Assembly: GCA_964016885.1 (NCBI GenBank)
Contig: OZ024756.1
Coordinates: 26,536,001-26,600,000 of the forward strand
Origin: Eledone cirrhosa
Taxonomy: Eukaryota
Reading direction: 5' to 3'
DNA length: 64,000 bases
In this document: in pieces, positions 41,995-56,994 of the stretch
Position numbering within the stretch: the stretch's first letter is position 1
Layout of the letters: every line of letters starts with the position of its first letter
The notes under the pieces: model-generated
The model's input: the letters and a program-made list of their open reading frames with translations, nothing else
Told to the model about the DNA's origin: nothing
Databases searched by the model: none
Made by a program: the position numbers and the translations under genes

Positions 41995-43010
41995 GCGAGG
42001 GAAAAGTGGTAAGGAACCAGGTGGACCATAACGCACCAAAGTACTCAATACTTAGGGTAGTAGAGTGGGTAATAGGAGTAAGTAAGACCCCGACGGCTGA
42101 GCTCAAGCCGTTTCGACGGCTAATTCTGTACTGACAGTACAGAATTAGCCGTCGAAACGGCTTGAGCTCAGCCGTCGGGGTCTTACTTACTCCTATATAT
42201 ATATATATAATTATTATTAAGGCCAATTTAATAATTATATTCAAACAGGCCCTACGGACACGAGTTGCTTTCTACCTTGGTTACTTACTACCACTACATT
42301 ATATTTATATATATATATATATATAAGATATACAGCAGAATAGATATGCCATTTGGAGGTCCGTGGTATCGAGATGGCATAACTGCCATCGATTAGTTTG
42401 CATATCGATAATTTTTCTCTCTGAAACGATCGTAAAACATTGTTCTATTTACATACATACATACATACATATATATATGCACCCAAAGAAATGAGACTGA
42501 GCAAGTTTTTTAAAACTCTTTAAAATGCAAAGAATTGAGAAATACATACATAAATATATAAGGAACATCTGAGTATCCGAGAGTTTGAACGTGTTGTTCA
42601 GTTCTGGTGTTGTGTAGTGTGTGTATAAGTGTAATAATACAGCAGGGGGGGGGGGGTTAAGACGAGAAGAAAGGATTAAAGAATGGGATTAAGGATTATT
42701 CAGATATTTCCAACTAAACTAAGAGATTAATAAGAAGATGAAAGACCAAACGATCCCTACTATTTTCAAAATAATCTCTCCCGCTTTGGTGAGGTGTCAG
42801 GCGATTTATAGGAAGATAAGGGTAGAAATGATGGAGATATAGAAAGAATGAAAGAAAGAAGTTGTGAGAGAGTGAGGGGAATGTAAGAGGGAAAGCAATA
42901 AGAGAGTGAGAGGCAGGGAAGAAGCAATGATGGATATATAGAGAGGAAGAGGGTGAGAAAAAGGGAAAAGGGACTAAGAGAAGGTGTGAGACTGATTGAA
43001 GAGGAAGCAA

Positions 43011-43108
<98 letters not shown>

Positions 43109-43234
43109 GGGTGAGAGAGAGAAAGTGAGAGAGATGGCAAATAGGCCAAGTTTTGGGAGATTGAGAAACAACTAGTCTAGTGACTCGAAACCAAAGAACA
43201 ACTTTATTCCCACCGTACAACACATATGTATCTG

Positions 43235-43284
<50 letters not shown>

Positions 43285-44181
43285 TACATACATATACATA
43301 TATACATATATATATATACATATATACACACACACACACACATATATATATATACACACATATATACATACACATACACACATATATATATATACATACA
43401 CATATATATATATACACATATATATATATATACATACATATATGTATATATACACATACACGCATATATATATATATATATATACATACACAGACATATA
43501 TATATATATACACACACATATATATGTATACACACACACATATATATACACACACACATATATATACACACACATATATATATATATATATATATCTCCA
43601 GACATACATTCACATATACACACAAAGACACATTCCAAGCGTCCACATTCAACCTTAACTTCAGACCCCCACATCTTTCCCTGTAAGCGATAAACCCCCG
43701 ATTCCTTGCATCTGTTACTTCAACCTCCCATACCCTTCCTCCGCTTACTACATCACTCTATTCCTTCTTCTTAAAATTCACACACACACACACACATACA
43801 AAGATTCGAGTCACGCTTCTTTTCACTATTCCACCCCCCTTTCTCAGTCCTTCTCCCTCTACTTTATCTTCCTCTCACTACATATATCAACCATCCGTTC
43901 AGCTATTCTGTTCTTGACAGTGTCACTTTTTACGCAACCTTTAAGCAGATAACTTAATTTCATTTAAAGTTGGCTCAGGGTGTTGTTGTTTCTGTTATAC
44001 TATTTTTGACATTATGTTTCAATATCAGACCACAAGTATGTATGTGTGTAAACAGAAAATTATTTTCTACACTCTACAAACCAGTATTGAGTGCTAATTC
44101 AGTAAATATTTGAATGTTTTAAATACTACAGTATTTAAAAAAACATATTCTAATGGCGCCGCGGTCGGGGTTCTGTGCGTA

Positions 44182-44212
<31 letters not shown>

Positions 44213-44949
44213 GAAAGGTATAGAAAACATTGTAGCAAAAAGCCAACAGTATTCCATAATATATAAGTGACTATAGCGTCAAAATGGGAAAAATAGTTAA
44301 CATAAGATGTGGGAAAAATAATTCAAACTCAACTCAAAGAGAATCAGGATATAGATTCATCCACAGAATTTAGTGAAATCAAGGGAAAAAAAAAATCAAT
44401 AAAGTTTAAAATATTCATTCTTCAATTTGGAAAAACTTCAAATGCTCTGTATAGTCTTAAAGACTATTTCATGAAAACTTTCAGTGGAGATGGTCACGGT
44501 TGGAATTATATATATATATATATATAACGAAGGAAGTGTGGTAAGGAACCAGGTGAACCATAAAGCACCAGAGTACTCAATACTTAGGATAGTAGAGTGG
44601 GTAATAGGAAAATGTTGAGCTCTGCCGTCGGGGTCTTGAACATTTTCCTATATATATATATATAGAGAGAGAGACATGTTTTATATATATATATATAAAT
44701 AAATGAGTCAGGACCCCGACAGCTGAGCTCTTGCCATTTCAACAGCTAGTTCTAGACATCTGGAACTAGTTGTTGAAATGGCAAGTGCTCAGCCATCGGA
44801 GTCCTGACTCATTCATATAACCATACTCTACTCCCAAGTATCGAGTACTCTGGTAAGTAATGGTCTAACCGGTTCCTAGCTGAATCCATCCTGATTTATA
44901 TATATATAGAGCTCGTCGTATATATATATATATATATATATACGACGAG

Positions 44950-45330
44950 CTCATGGGCTTTCATATTTTTAGCACAGGAATCTCCGCGTTTTATCCTGTA
45001 TCTATTGAAGATATGCCTGTATTTATGTTCTATGTGGAAGTGTTTGTCTAGGGGTGCCAAGAATTTCCTATCTACACTAGTTCTAGCTCCGAGGCGGAAG
45101 GGTCTGCAGAACCAAATGATTTTTTATTTCTATTTTTTTTGCTACTGGTAGTGTGATTCGGAGGGGAGTAACAAAATTTATCGGAGAAGCCGCTGTTGGT
45201 TAATGCAGTGTTAGAGTAAGGTACTGCTCTGTCAAAGATTGCTTTGTTAGAAGAAAGATTAGAATTCGAAGTACTGGTGTTTTTAATGAAGTTTTTGAAG
45301 GCCATAGGTGGTTGACATAAGTCCTTGTGT
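44950..45330 (-). pseudogene. Penelope-like element RT C-terminal/linker fragment
   Basis: SNLSSNKAIFDRAVPYSNTALTNSGF...KKNRNKK...GKFLAPLDKHFHIEHKYRHIFNRYRIKRGDSCAKNM resembles the PLE region between RT and the GIY-YIG endonuclease. Confidence 0.75.
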
Positions 45331-45609
45331 GTATAAGTTAACTTTTTATTAAGTTTGTGTATATATATCATGAAAAAATTAAAATGTTATGGATTTCTTT
45401 ACAATTCACGTGTTATAGGAAAAATAGGGTTTAAAAAATGCAACAACTGACCATTTAGTTATTTAAAAGGTTTCTGTATTAATGTACCAATTACATAGTC
45501 TTGTTTACTTTAACCAGTTTCAGCTGTGTTTACAGCCTTCTCTAAAAGATTTTTGTTAGTCTTTTGAAAACATTTTTTCCATTTATGTTATCTCAGAGGT
45601 ATACTCTTG

Positions 45610-46535
45610 TTTCGTAGACCTCAAAAAAACATATGACCGCATCCCTCAGGACCTGCTGTGGATGGTTGTGCAGGAGTTCGGGATCGATGGTCAGCTTCTT
45701 GCTAGCCTGATGTCTCTATACAAATGCCAAAGTATTTGTGTTCAGATAAATGGTGCTAAATCGAAACCATTCAATGTGGGAGTCGGACTCCGCCAAGGGT
45801 GTGTACTGGCACGTCTCCTGGCCTTGTGCCTAACGTAGAAACAATTATTTCCATGAGCAGGATTGACATGCGCAGCTGGGTTGGAAGTGGTATCACGACT
45901 GGCGGGTGTAAAATCTATTGGCTGGAATTTGCAGGCGGCAAGGTGTTACTTAACTTGACATGTGATCTCCGACTTGCACTTGATAGGTTCGATACTGAAT
46001 GTTGCATGGCTGGAATGAAAATCAGTGCTGCAAAAATAGACTCTTGTCCTCTCAAGGAATCCTACGCTGTACATGTGAATGGAGTTCAAGTATCCCAGAG
46101 CTATATTCACGAGCATCTTTAATTCGGTATTCGTGCCAACCCTTACCTACGGTCATAGCTCTTGGGTTATGACTGAAAGAATACGATCGCAAATACAAGT
46201 GGCCGAAATGGAGCTCCTCTGATTCGATAGAGAGTGTAGCTCGGATATCAGAGTCACTGATGGTAGAGCCGCTACTTCTCTGCATTGGGAGATCACAGCT
46301 CCAATACTATGGGCATGTGGTTAGAATGTCCCAGGAAAGAATTGCTGGACATATTTTACAGGCAAAACCAGCTGGTAGGGGATTCAAGGTTATATCCCAA
46401 GCGAGATGGTTGAATAACATCCATGAGCTTGGTGATCCAGCCTGATCAGTTGGAGCTGGTTGCTTCTGACAGGACCGCTGGAAGGAGTGTTTGAGGGTCT
46501 TTCCCAACAACTTCTTCAGGAAGAAGAAAAAGAAA
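45610..46535 (+). mobile_element. Decayed RTE LINE (same family as 15655-16385)
   Basis: GLRQGC motif (GGACTCCGCCAAGGGTGT), YYGHVVRM, GAAGAAGAA tail. Confidence 0.8.
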
Positions 46536-47505
46536 ACGATGTTTATCTCACGTGGTTGGTCAGTTGTGTTAGTGTTGAATACAAGGGACGCAACTCGTTT
46601 TATCGTTGTCACTTACGCCGAAGAGAATATGGTTCATTAAAATTCAGGCTTATGTTTTTCTTTGGAAATTTTTTTTATGTGTAAAACATTGAGTTTTGGT
46701 TTAAATTTACTTACGAAAAAAAAAATATTTCCATACTAATCCGTTTTCCTGTGTAAAATGTTCGCTTCACTGGTATTGGTAGGGTACAATAGACATCTAC
46801 CCCTACCATATACTGTGTGTGACCCTCATTACTGAGAGTTGTCTCAAGATACTCACCTCTCAAAGTTTGTTGATTCCTCTGGGTAGCTGTGTGATGATGG
46901 CAAGTGAAGGAGTGTTTTCTGGCAATCACACACACATACACACACGCGCGCTTACAAGTATACACATAAAACACATGTACACAATCACACCTAAATATAT
47001 ATGAACACATACGCAATCACAGTTGCTCAGAAACACCATAATCGCTCTATCAAACACAGACACATATCAACACACACATGCCCGCGCGCGCTGCTTCAGA
47101 ATTTAAAAAAAAAAATTTTTTTCACACAAAATTTAACGAAACAAGCGACAACAATAACAAATGCTGCTACAACAACAACAACAATAGTGACAACAACAAC
47201 AACAACAGCAATAACAACCAGAAAAAAAAAACTGTTTTGTAAGAAAGAAAGAAACAAGAGTCTGAAATTATACTTCAATAAATATGATATATTGAAAAAA
47301 AAAAAAAAAGTTTGTTCAGATAATTCTGATTTGTTTCATCTTCCATAAGACAATCTAGGAGAGGAGGGCATGGAAGTAACGGCTTTCACCCATTTCTTTT
47401 ATTTTACTTCTGGACAGTTATCATTATTACTGTTAAGATGCAATTTTTTCTTGTTTGTTTTCATTTTCTTATTACAATTTTGTTGACTGTTTAACCATTA
47501 GGGAT

Positions 47506-47543
<38 letters not shown>

Positions 47544-50217
47544 CTCTCTCGCACGCACACTTGTATATATTAGTATAAGTAGTAAATAGCTTTTATTTCA
47601 AACATGTTATATTGAAAATTCAACTGTCTGTGCTCATGTTGAATCATTTTTTCATATTTCATAATAAATTATTTCTTTATGTTTGATCTGGTAAATCCAT
47701 GTGTGTATCAATTTTTTTGGACTTTCACAGTCCCATCTTCAGAATCAGAATGGTCGTATTTGTGCTATATTGTTCAGCTATTTAGCAGTGATCATAAAGG
47801 ATTATAGGAGTGGTAGGAAATCATGGATGTCTGATTTTAAATTGTTCAATGGTTGTTTCAAACCAAACAATAGATAATTAATAAGGAAATATGAAATATC
47901 CTTAATATAAAAACGTACAGTTGTATTTTCAATATAACACACACACATAATGTGCACTTACAAATATATCTACATACATAAACCCCTTTAAAACAATTGA
48001 AATATTGAAATAAAATATCAGGCAGAGAATGGTAAAGATTATTTAGAACTAATTAGAATCCATGAGACAACTGAGAAGAACTTCCCTACCCAAGTTCATT
48101 ACTGGTACCCGTTGTATGGATTTCCATAAACAACAATGGTCCAGGTCAGATTTGAACCTAAACTAACAAGTTGCAGAATAACGAGATACTATCTATTTAT
48201 CATTCCCATCAAGTGTGTAGAGGAATCTGACAGTCTTAGATATTCCCTACCCCAGAGCTATACAACACTAGTATTAACCATTTTGATACCAAATTGCCTG
48301 AAACCACCCCTGGTCCTATGATACAAAGCTGTTTGTTTTTAAAATGATTAGATTTATCATAAAAAAGCCTTCCATCATAATTTTATATAAGAACCTTATC
48401 GGAGTGGAGTTGGCTGCCTGCGAGCCCTGCGAGGTGAAGTGGCTGTTCTAGCATGTCTCCTTCACCATCCTCCAGAGCAATGCATTCTCCATCTTGTTGT
48501 CTGAGACCCAGAGACGGAGGGTAAGTTTGTTATACTCCAAATACTACCTTAAAAAGGAGAAAGTTATAAATCTCTCCAAATTCTTGATTTAAAAAAAAAA
48601 ATAAAATTACTTAAAAATTATTGGTAATGTCTTTCATTATGAACATGATAATGAAAAAGTTGATTTTTACCTTGCTATTTAAAATACAGTTCAATTGGTA
48701 TATTCAACAACCTCAAGTGCGAGGCAATTTGAATATGTGATGGTGGTGGGGGACCTGACGGTAAGTAAAATTCTTATGTGGTATAATTTTACCCCTAATA
48801 AGTAGTGTTACTAACTAAACTTTGCTGTGTATATCCCAATGTTTACTACAACAGGTAGTATCTCTGCCATGTCCTAAGAAGTGACTAAAAGGGTTGGCAC
48901 CAGGCTGTCAAACATTCCCTCAAAAGCAGCCCCTTGGAGGGTATGAACCTTGCCAAAGTGCCTGCACTGCAGGACCCTGCTTTAGAAGGGAAGATGGCCT
49001 TAAAACAAACACCTATTGAATTATTAATAAAACTCATTTGTTTGGGGATGGAAGTAAATTTCTAAATTATACATTAAATCTTTATAACACTAAACCTGTT
49101 TTTATATTGAAGAGGAGGCATCAAATTTTTTAGTTGCCCTGGAGAGCATGGAATAAAAAATGTTGATAACTACAGTAATAAGAAAATAAGAAAATAAATA
49201 AATTTATCCAATGAACCATTATAGTAAAGGTTACAAAAAGAAAAAAAACATTATCCTGTGAAATCTAGAATTACATTACCTTGAGGTAAACTTTGCCTTT
49301 CATCCTTTTGACATTGATAAATAAATTACCAGTTGTATTGGGCAATATGTCGAAAGAATTGTTAATCAGACAAGATACCTTTAACACTTTAGCATTTAAA
49401 CCAGCCATATCTGGTTAGAATTCTCTCACCTCTTTCTGTTAAAACCAGCTGTAACTGGCCAATCATACTGATGTTAAGGTATTGTTCTCAAAATAAATAT
49501 TATCAAAATCTCATAGATTAGATATTATGTGAGGTAAAGCTTTAACTGTGAAAATAGTATATATAGAGTAATGTAAATGCTAAAGGGTTAATCCTGCTCC
49601 TTGTCACCAGAAAAAAATATGACTCAATATGGCTGGAACCTTTATTATTATATATATATATTCACTTTTGTCACTTTTGCGACAATATTTCTTATGAAAG
49701 ACACAAACTTATCTTTCACAAGTTCCAGCAGGAGCTGTGGCCAGGATGAAGCAATTTTCAAATAATTTTGAAAAAAATCTAAAATTTGGACTGATAAACT
49801 AATTTTTACATTATTAAGCTGATGCTTGGAACATATCTTAACAAAGGTCCTTACATAGAATTATGAGAAAATGCCTCTAGATTAATATAGAAATATTTTA
49901 AAATCAAACAATTTTGTATCATAAAACCAGAAGTGGTTTCAGATGTTTTAGTATAAAAAATCAGATCATCCAGGAGACCTCCTATGAGGGGAACCTCATA
50001 GGAGGCAGGTTAAAGATACACAGGTGTAAACTGTAACCCACATTTCTATTAGGCAATGGTCTCATTACTTACTGCCTAATTAATCTTTACCATTCTTGTC
50101 AGGTGCCAATATCAGGAATAGATAAGAAATTCTCAGATGGACGTGGTAGAAAAGATTTTTCCTAAGCAAAAGCTGAAGAAAATATGCAGTAAAAAGCAAT
50201 AATAAATAAGGTTTTTT

Positions 50218-50256
<39 letters not shown>

Positions 50257-50538
50257 TATATATATATAAATAAATATATATATATATAAATAAATATAAA
50301 TATATATAAATAAATATACATATATATATATTTATATATATATATATAAATAAATATACATATATATATATTTATATATATATATATAAATAAATATACA
50401 TATATAAATAAATATACATATATATATATAAATAAATATAAATATATATATATATATATAAATATATATATACATATATATATATAAATAAATATAAATA
50501 TATATATATATATATAAATATATATATAAATATATATA

Positions 50539-50582
<44 letters not shown>

Positions 50583-51234
50583 CATATATATATATACATT
50601 TATATATAGATATATATGTATGCATATATATATATATATACATTTATATATAGATATATATGTATGCATATATATATATATATATATACATTTATATATA
50701 GATATATATGTATGCATATATATATATATATATATATACATTTATATATATATATATGTATGCATATATATATATATACATTTATATATATATATATGTA
50801 TGCATATATATATATATACATTTATATATATATATATATATGTATGCATATATATATATATATATATGTATGCATATGCATATATATATATATACATTTA
50901 TATATATATATATATGTATGCATATATATATATATATATATGTATGCATATATATATATATATGTATGCATATGCATATATATATATATATATATATATG
51001 TGTGCATATGCATATATATATGTATATACATATATGTGTATGCATATATATATGTATATACATATATGTGTATGCATATATATATGTATATATATATATG
51101 TGTGTATGCATATGCATATATATATATATGCATATATATATATATGCATATATATATTTATATATATATATATGCATATATATATGTATATATATATATA
51201 TATGCATATATATATGCATATATATATATATATA

Positions 51235-51282
<48 letters not shown>

Positions 51283-51701
51283 TATATATATGCATATATA
51301 TATGCATATATATATATGCATATATATATATATATATGCGCATACATATATACATACATATATACATAATGTTATATGTGTATACATATATATATATATA
51401 CATACATACATAAAGTTATATGTATATACATATAAATATATACACATACACACACACACACATATATATATATATAAGATGGTAGAATGTTTCCATGTAA
51501 GGGAAAATTATGGAAAATAACAAACAAAACAATAGATGAAAAAAATCTCTGATAAAAATAATGAGGAAATGTGCCTGGAATGTGGCAAGTTGTTCAAGAG
51601 ATCAAACCCCTCACAAAAACAAATATATATATATATATCATCATCATCAGCATTATCGATTAAAATGGACATTAAATGATGATGATGATGATGATGACTA
51701 T

Positions 51702-51752
<51 letters not shown>

Positions 51753-51755
<3 letters not shown>

Positions 51756-52148
51756 TTTACCCCTGGCATTCACAGTCCCAGCATTCGTGACCCCGCTTAT
51801 TCGTGGAATTCTTTTTTTTAGAACCTAACTAATGGTTGTTCGTTGAAAACCACCGCATATTCACAGAATTGTAAATATCTTCTGTGATTTCTTTAATGAC
51901 TTTTTTCCTTATCTGGCAATATATTTTTTTTTAAATGTTAAATTATTAACAACAATATACCGTATTTGCTGGCCTATTGAACGCCTCTTTGCATAAGACG
52001 CTCCATCTTTTTTTTAAATTATATTTTACACTATATTTTGTCGTTCATAGGCATTTTTATGAACCACGTCCAATATTTGCAGTTTTCCACTCTTCCCAGA
52101 TGCTCTAGAAACATAACTAACCCCCACGAATACCAGGGGGGACAACTG
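51753..52148. mobile_element. pogo/Tigger-like MITE
   Basis: TA|CAGTTTACCCCTGGCATTC ... GAATACCAGGGGGACAACTG|TA. Confidence 0.7.
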
Positions 52149-52201
52149 TATATATACATACACATGTAAATATATATATATATATATATATTCTCATGCA
52201 T

Positions 52202-52239
<38 letters not shown>

Positions 52240-52328
52240 TGTATACAATATATACACATATATATATTCACACATACACACACGTGTTTGTGTGTGCATG
52301 TGTGTATATATACATATACATATATTAA

Positions 52329-52359
<31 letters not shown>

Positions 52360-52365
52360 TATATA

Positions 52366-52405
<40 letters not shown>

Positions 52406-52581
52406 GTCTATATACCAAGGAGCTGATGTCATGGCCATTGTGACAGCATCTGACCACTCAGATGAGAATCAAAAGTAAAAATAAAATGTAGGAGGTTTTA
52501 ACCATAGCTGGTTTATAAGGAACCTGCCTTAATGGATCACATGGAGCAGAAGCAAATATAGGGGTGGGTAGGGTGAGTATT

Positions 52582-52741
52582 GAGGGTGGCAGGGAAGTTG
52601 CCTGAGGGAGGGTGGCAGGGAAGTTGCCTGAGGGAGGGTGGCAGGGAAGTTGCCTGAGGGAGGGTGGCAGGGAAGTTGCCTGAGGGAGGGTGGCAGGGAA
52701 GTTGCCTGAGGGAGGGTGGCAGGGAAGGTGCCTGAGGGAGA
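52582..52741. repeat. 26-bp G-rich minisatellite, ~6 units
   Basis: GAGGGAGGGTGGCAGGGAAGTTGCCT. Confidence 0.9.
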
Positions 52742-53060
52742 GAGAGAGGGGGAGGGTACTTTATTGATGGTCTGACAGATGTGTTGGTGGTGGTTGGGTG
52801 AACTGGTTTGACAGATGTAGCAGCTGGTGGAGGTGGTGTTGGGTAGTAAGGTTTTGCAGTGGACAGCTCTGACAACAAAGATAGCAGCAGTGGGTAGAGG
52901 GGGTGGGTGACAGGAATTATATATACAGGTGTATATATATATATATATAGGGAATTACCAGTTTAGGCTAGTAAGACCATTATTTAGCTAAGTACTCAAT
53001 ACTTGTGAAAGTAAAGTGTGGGTATTATATGTATGCATATATACATACACACATATATAT

Positions 53061-53153
<93 letters not shown>

Positions 53154-53396
53154 TATATATATATATACATATATAAGAAAGAAGATAAAGTATGGAATTT
53201 TAGTGAAATGGTTAGATTGACCATTGTAACTGTCATGATGATGGTTGTGATGATGGTGATGTCAATGATGGTGATGATGATGATGGACTGCTTCAGCAAT
53301 AGTTTAATAATTGTAATTATACACCATAACTATCAGTGAGGTAATGGTGATGATGATGGTGATGATGATGATGAACTACTAGCGTGGTAACTGTAA

Positions 53397-53482
53397 TTAA
53401 ACACCATATGGATCTGTGACATTATCAGAAACTGTATTGATAGGGTTAAACTGCAGAGGTAACAGCCATAGACCAGGAGACT
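53397..53482 (-). CDS. ZDHHC terminal coding exon
   Basis: ESPGLWLLPLQFNPINTVSDNVTDPYGV*; WLLP motif, CAG acceptor, phase fits. Confidence 0.82.
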
Positions 53483-53519
53483 CTGAAACATAGAATAGGA
53501 ATAATTATAATAGAGAGGT

Positions 53520-54255
53520 GTAAAGGAGGGAGAGAGAAGGGGGGGGATTTAGGAGAGAGGGGAAGGAAGACAGAGAGATAGAGAGAGGGAGAAGGGGGTG
53601 TTTAGGAGAGAGAGAGAGAAGGGGGTGTTTAGGAGAGGGGAAGGAAGACAGAGATAGATAGAGAGAGAGAAGGGGTGTTTAGGAGAGGGGAAGGAAGACA
53701 GAGATAGATAGAGAGAAGGGGGTGTTTAGGAGAGAGAGAGAGAGAAGGGGTGTTTAGGAGAGAGAGAGAAGGGGGTGTTTAGGAGAGAGAGAGAGAGAAG
53801 GGGGAGTTTAGGAGAGAGAGAGAAGGGGGTGTTTAGGAGAGGGGAAGGAAGACAGAGAGATAGAGAGAGAGAGAAGGGGGTGTTTAGGAGAGAGAGAGAG
53901 AGAAAAGGGGGTGTTTAGGAGAGGGGAAGGAAGACAGAGAGATAGAGAGAGAAGGGGGTTTTAGGAGAGAGGGGAAGGAAAGTGTTTAGGAGATAGAGAG
54001 AGAGAAGGGGGTGTTTAGGAGAGAGGGAAAGGAAAGTGTTTAGGAGAGAGAGAGAGAGAAGGGGTGTTTAGGAGAGAGGGGAAGGAAAGTGTTTAGGAGA
54101 TAGACTGAGAGAGAAGGGGGTGTTTAGGAGAGCGGGGAAGGAAAGTGTTTAGGAGAGAGAAGGGGGTGTTTAGGAGAGCGGGGGAAGGAAAGTGTTTAGG
54201 AGAGAGAGAGAAGGGGGTGTTTAGGAGAGAGGGGAAGGAAAGTGTTTAGGAGATA
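53520..54255. repeat. Purine-rich repeat with TTTAGG motif
   Basis: GGGGTGTTTAGGAGAGAG units. Confidence 0.85.
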
Positions 54256-54391
54256 CAATGCTAACCACATTTATAATGTGGACTGGGAGCTTTTCACTGT
54301 CTCTCCTACATGACTACTTTACAGCATGAACTGGGTGCTTTTTGTCATGTTTATGTAAATCTTTGAGGGAGAGGGGGGGAGAGAGATAGAG

Positions 54392-54442
<51 letters not shown>

Positions 54443-54457
54443 AATTAAGATTCCTAC

Positions 54458-54566
54458 CTCGACCAAAGACTTCCTGTAATAAATGATATTTAGATCTTGG
54501 AGGGCGTCTGTATTCTTCTTTCTTCACATGTTCTACAGCAGTCTCATCATTGAATATAGAGGACAC
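54458..54566 (-). CDS. ZDHHC exon (TTxE-like motif)
   Basis: VSSIFNDETAVEHVKKEEYRRPPRSKYHLLQEVFGR. Confidence 0.92.
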
Positions 54567-55863
54567 CTGGGCAGAGAGAGAGATAAAGTGAGATTGAGAG
54601 AGAGAGAGAGAGAGAGAGAGAAAGTGAGATTGAGTGAATGAGAATGTGAGTGGAACTGTGAGAGAGTGAAAGAGAGAGAGAAGAAGGATGAGGATAGAGA
54701 GAAAGAGTGAAAAGGAGACAGGGAGTGTGTACATGTATGATGTTTGCAAGTGTGTGTTCAAGTGCATGTGTGTGTATGCATCCATACATTGTGTGTGCAT
54801 GCATATTTGCAAGTGTATGATGTTTGTGTGTGTGTGTATGCATACATGGGTGTGTGTGTGTGTGTGAGTGTGTATGATACATGAGTGTGTGTGCATGTAT
54901 GTATATATCATCCTCATCATTTAACATCGGTTTTTTTCGCTGTTAGTAAGGGGTATATATTATATATACATGTTCCAGGAATCTATATGGACTGGGAACC
55001 AGCATAATTATATATACTGACCAAATATGTAACAAAACATGTACTGACTGACCTCTGTGTAGCTGATCTAATGCTTTAGTTGAGTCTCCCACAGTAGTGA
55101 CCAGTAATAGACTTTTCCAAACCTTTATACCACCTCTCCCCCACAGTGCTGACCACTAATAGACTCTTCCATACCTCTATACCACCTCTCCCCATAGTAC
55201 TGACCACTAATAGACTCTTCTATACCTCTATACCACCTCTTCCCCACAGTACTAACCATTAACCCTTTAACATTCAAACCGGCCGTATCCAGCCAGAATT
55301 CTCTCATCTCTTTCTGTTCAAACTGGCTGTTCATACTGATATTAGGATATAATTCTCAAAATCTCATAGATACGATATTATGTGAGATAATTACGTGAGG
55401 TAAAGCCTTTACCACAAAATATAATAGTAAATATAGAGTAATACAAATGCTAAAGAGTTAATGTTTGTGAGGCAACAGAGTAATCCAAATTTTATGTGGG
55501 GTTCTCCTTAAAATTTCTCCAAACAACAGTCCCTGCCCCTATTGAAAGTAGTTATTGTGTTTAACCCTTTAGCATTTAAACCAGTCATATCTGGCCAAAA
55601 TTTTCTCACCTATCTCTATTCAAACTGGCCATAACTGGCCGTTCATACTGATGTTAAGATATTATTCTCAAAATAAATAATATCAAAATCTCATAGATTC
55701 GATATTATGTGAGATAATTATGTGAGGTAAAGCCTTTACCACAAAATATAATAGTAAATATAGAGTAATGTAAATGGTGAAGGGTTAATAGAGTCTTCCA
55801 CTCCTCTCACTACTCTATAGTACTGACCACTAGATGATAACAAGGATAGCAGTGGTCACTCAC

Positions 55864-55936
55864 CTGGTCACAGCCAATAGCCAATACAAACAGTCCAAAC
55901 ACTAAAGATTCAGCCACAAGGGCAACAGAATGTAAT
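55864..55936 (-). CDS. ZDHHC exon (transmembrane segment)
   Basis: LHSVALVAESLVFGLFVLAIGCDQ. Confidence 0.9.
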
Positions 55937-55984
55937 CTGGAAAATAACAGTAAATGATTAGTAGATTATAACATAACATATTAT

Positions 55985-56270
55985 AGTGTATTATATATAG
56001 TATAGTACTGCGTAATATAGTATAGTAGTACTGTATAATATAGTATAGTATAGTGTAATATAGTATAGTATTGTGTAATATAGTATAGTATTGTGTAATA
56101 TAGTATAGTACAGTGTAATATAGTATAGTGTAATACAGTATAGTATTGTGTAATATAGTATAGTACAGTGTATTCTAGTATAGTATTGTGTAATATAGTA
56201 TTGTACTGTATAATATAGTGGCAGACTATATAATATAGTATAGCACTATCTGATATAATATAATACTATA
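55985..56270. repeat. TATAG-based low-complexity repeat
   Basis: GTAATATAGTATAGTA units. Confidence 0.8.
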
Positions 56271-56310
56271 TATATACAGAATATGTAATTGCAGGATATT
56301 ATTTCCCATA

Positions 56311-56502
56311 AGGGCGGTGAATTGGCAGTGTCGGTAGAGGGTTGGACGCCATGCTTTCCAGCATAGTTACGTCCCTTTACGATCTGAGTTCAAATCCCGC
56401 CAAGGTTAACTTTGCCTTTCATCCTTACGGGGTCGATAAAATAAAGTACCAGTAATGTACTGGGTAATTGCTGGCCTTGTGCCTAAAGTAGAAACAATTA
56501 TT
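56311..56502 (+). mobile_element. SINE (other copies 39658-39815 +, 57835-57998 -)
   Basis: Same family as 19718. Confidence 0.8.
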
Positions 56503-56994
56503 TCCCACAGGATCTTCCTCACCCCTTCAGCTGTGTCAAAGACACAACAACCTCTCTGGTGTTGGTGATCTAAATGATAAACGCACCCAGTACATGATGT
56601 AAAATGGTTGGTGATAGACAATAGAAAGCTTGCCAAAGAAATGGTTGGGATGACCCTATAGTTATGTCAAGGACATGGCAACCTCCCTAGTGTTGGTGAT
56701 CTACACAATAAAACCACCCAGTAGATGCTGTAAAGTGGTTGGTGTTAGGAGGGCATCCAGCCATAGAAAGCTTGCCAAACAAGGGTTTGTGTCAAAAGAC
56801 ACAACAACTTTTCTTCTGTATTCGATAATGACTGTATGTAAATGGGATACAGACTTCTTTGACCTGTCTGGGATGTCAGTCGCCCCACTTTAGTACTGAC
56901 TAGGTCTATGTAGACCTGTTTAACCTTTGCTAGCAAGGAAAGTGGCATTAAATGATGATTGATGGTAATATAGTACGATGACGTTATTACTTAC

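Noticed and set aside
50133-51520. YIYI-type ORFs (here and throughout)
   Set aside because: (TA)n microsatellite artefacts
53520-54255. Interstitial telomere
   Set aside because: TTTAGG motifs are isolated within GA repeats, not tandem TTAGGG
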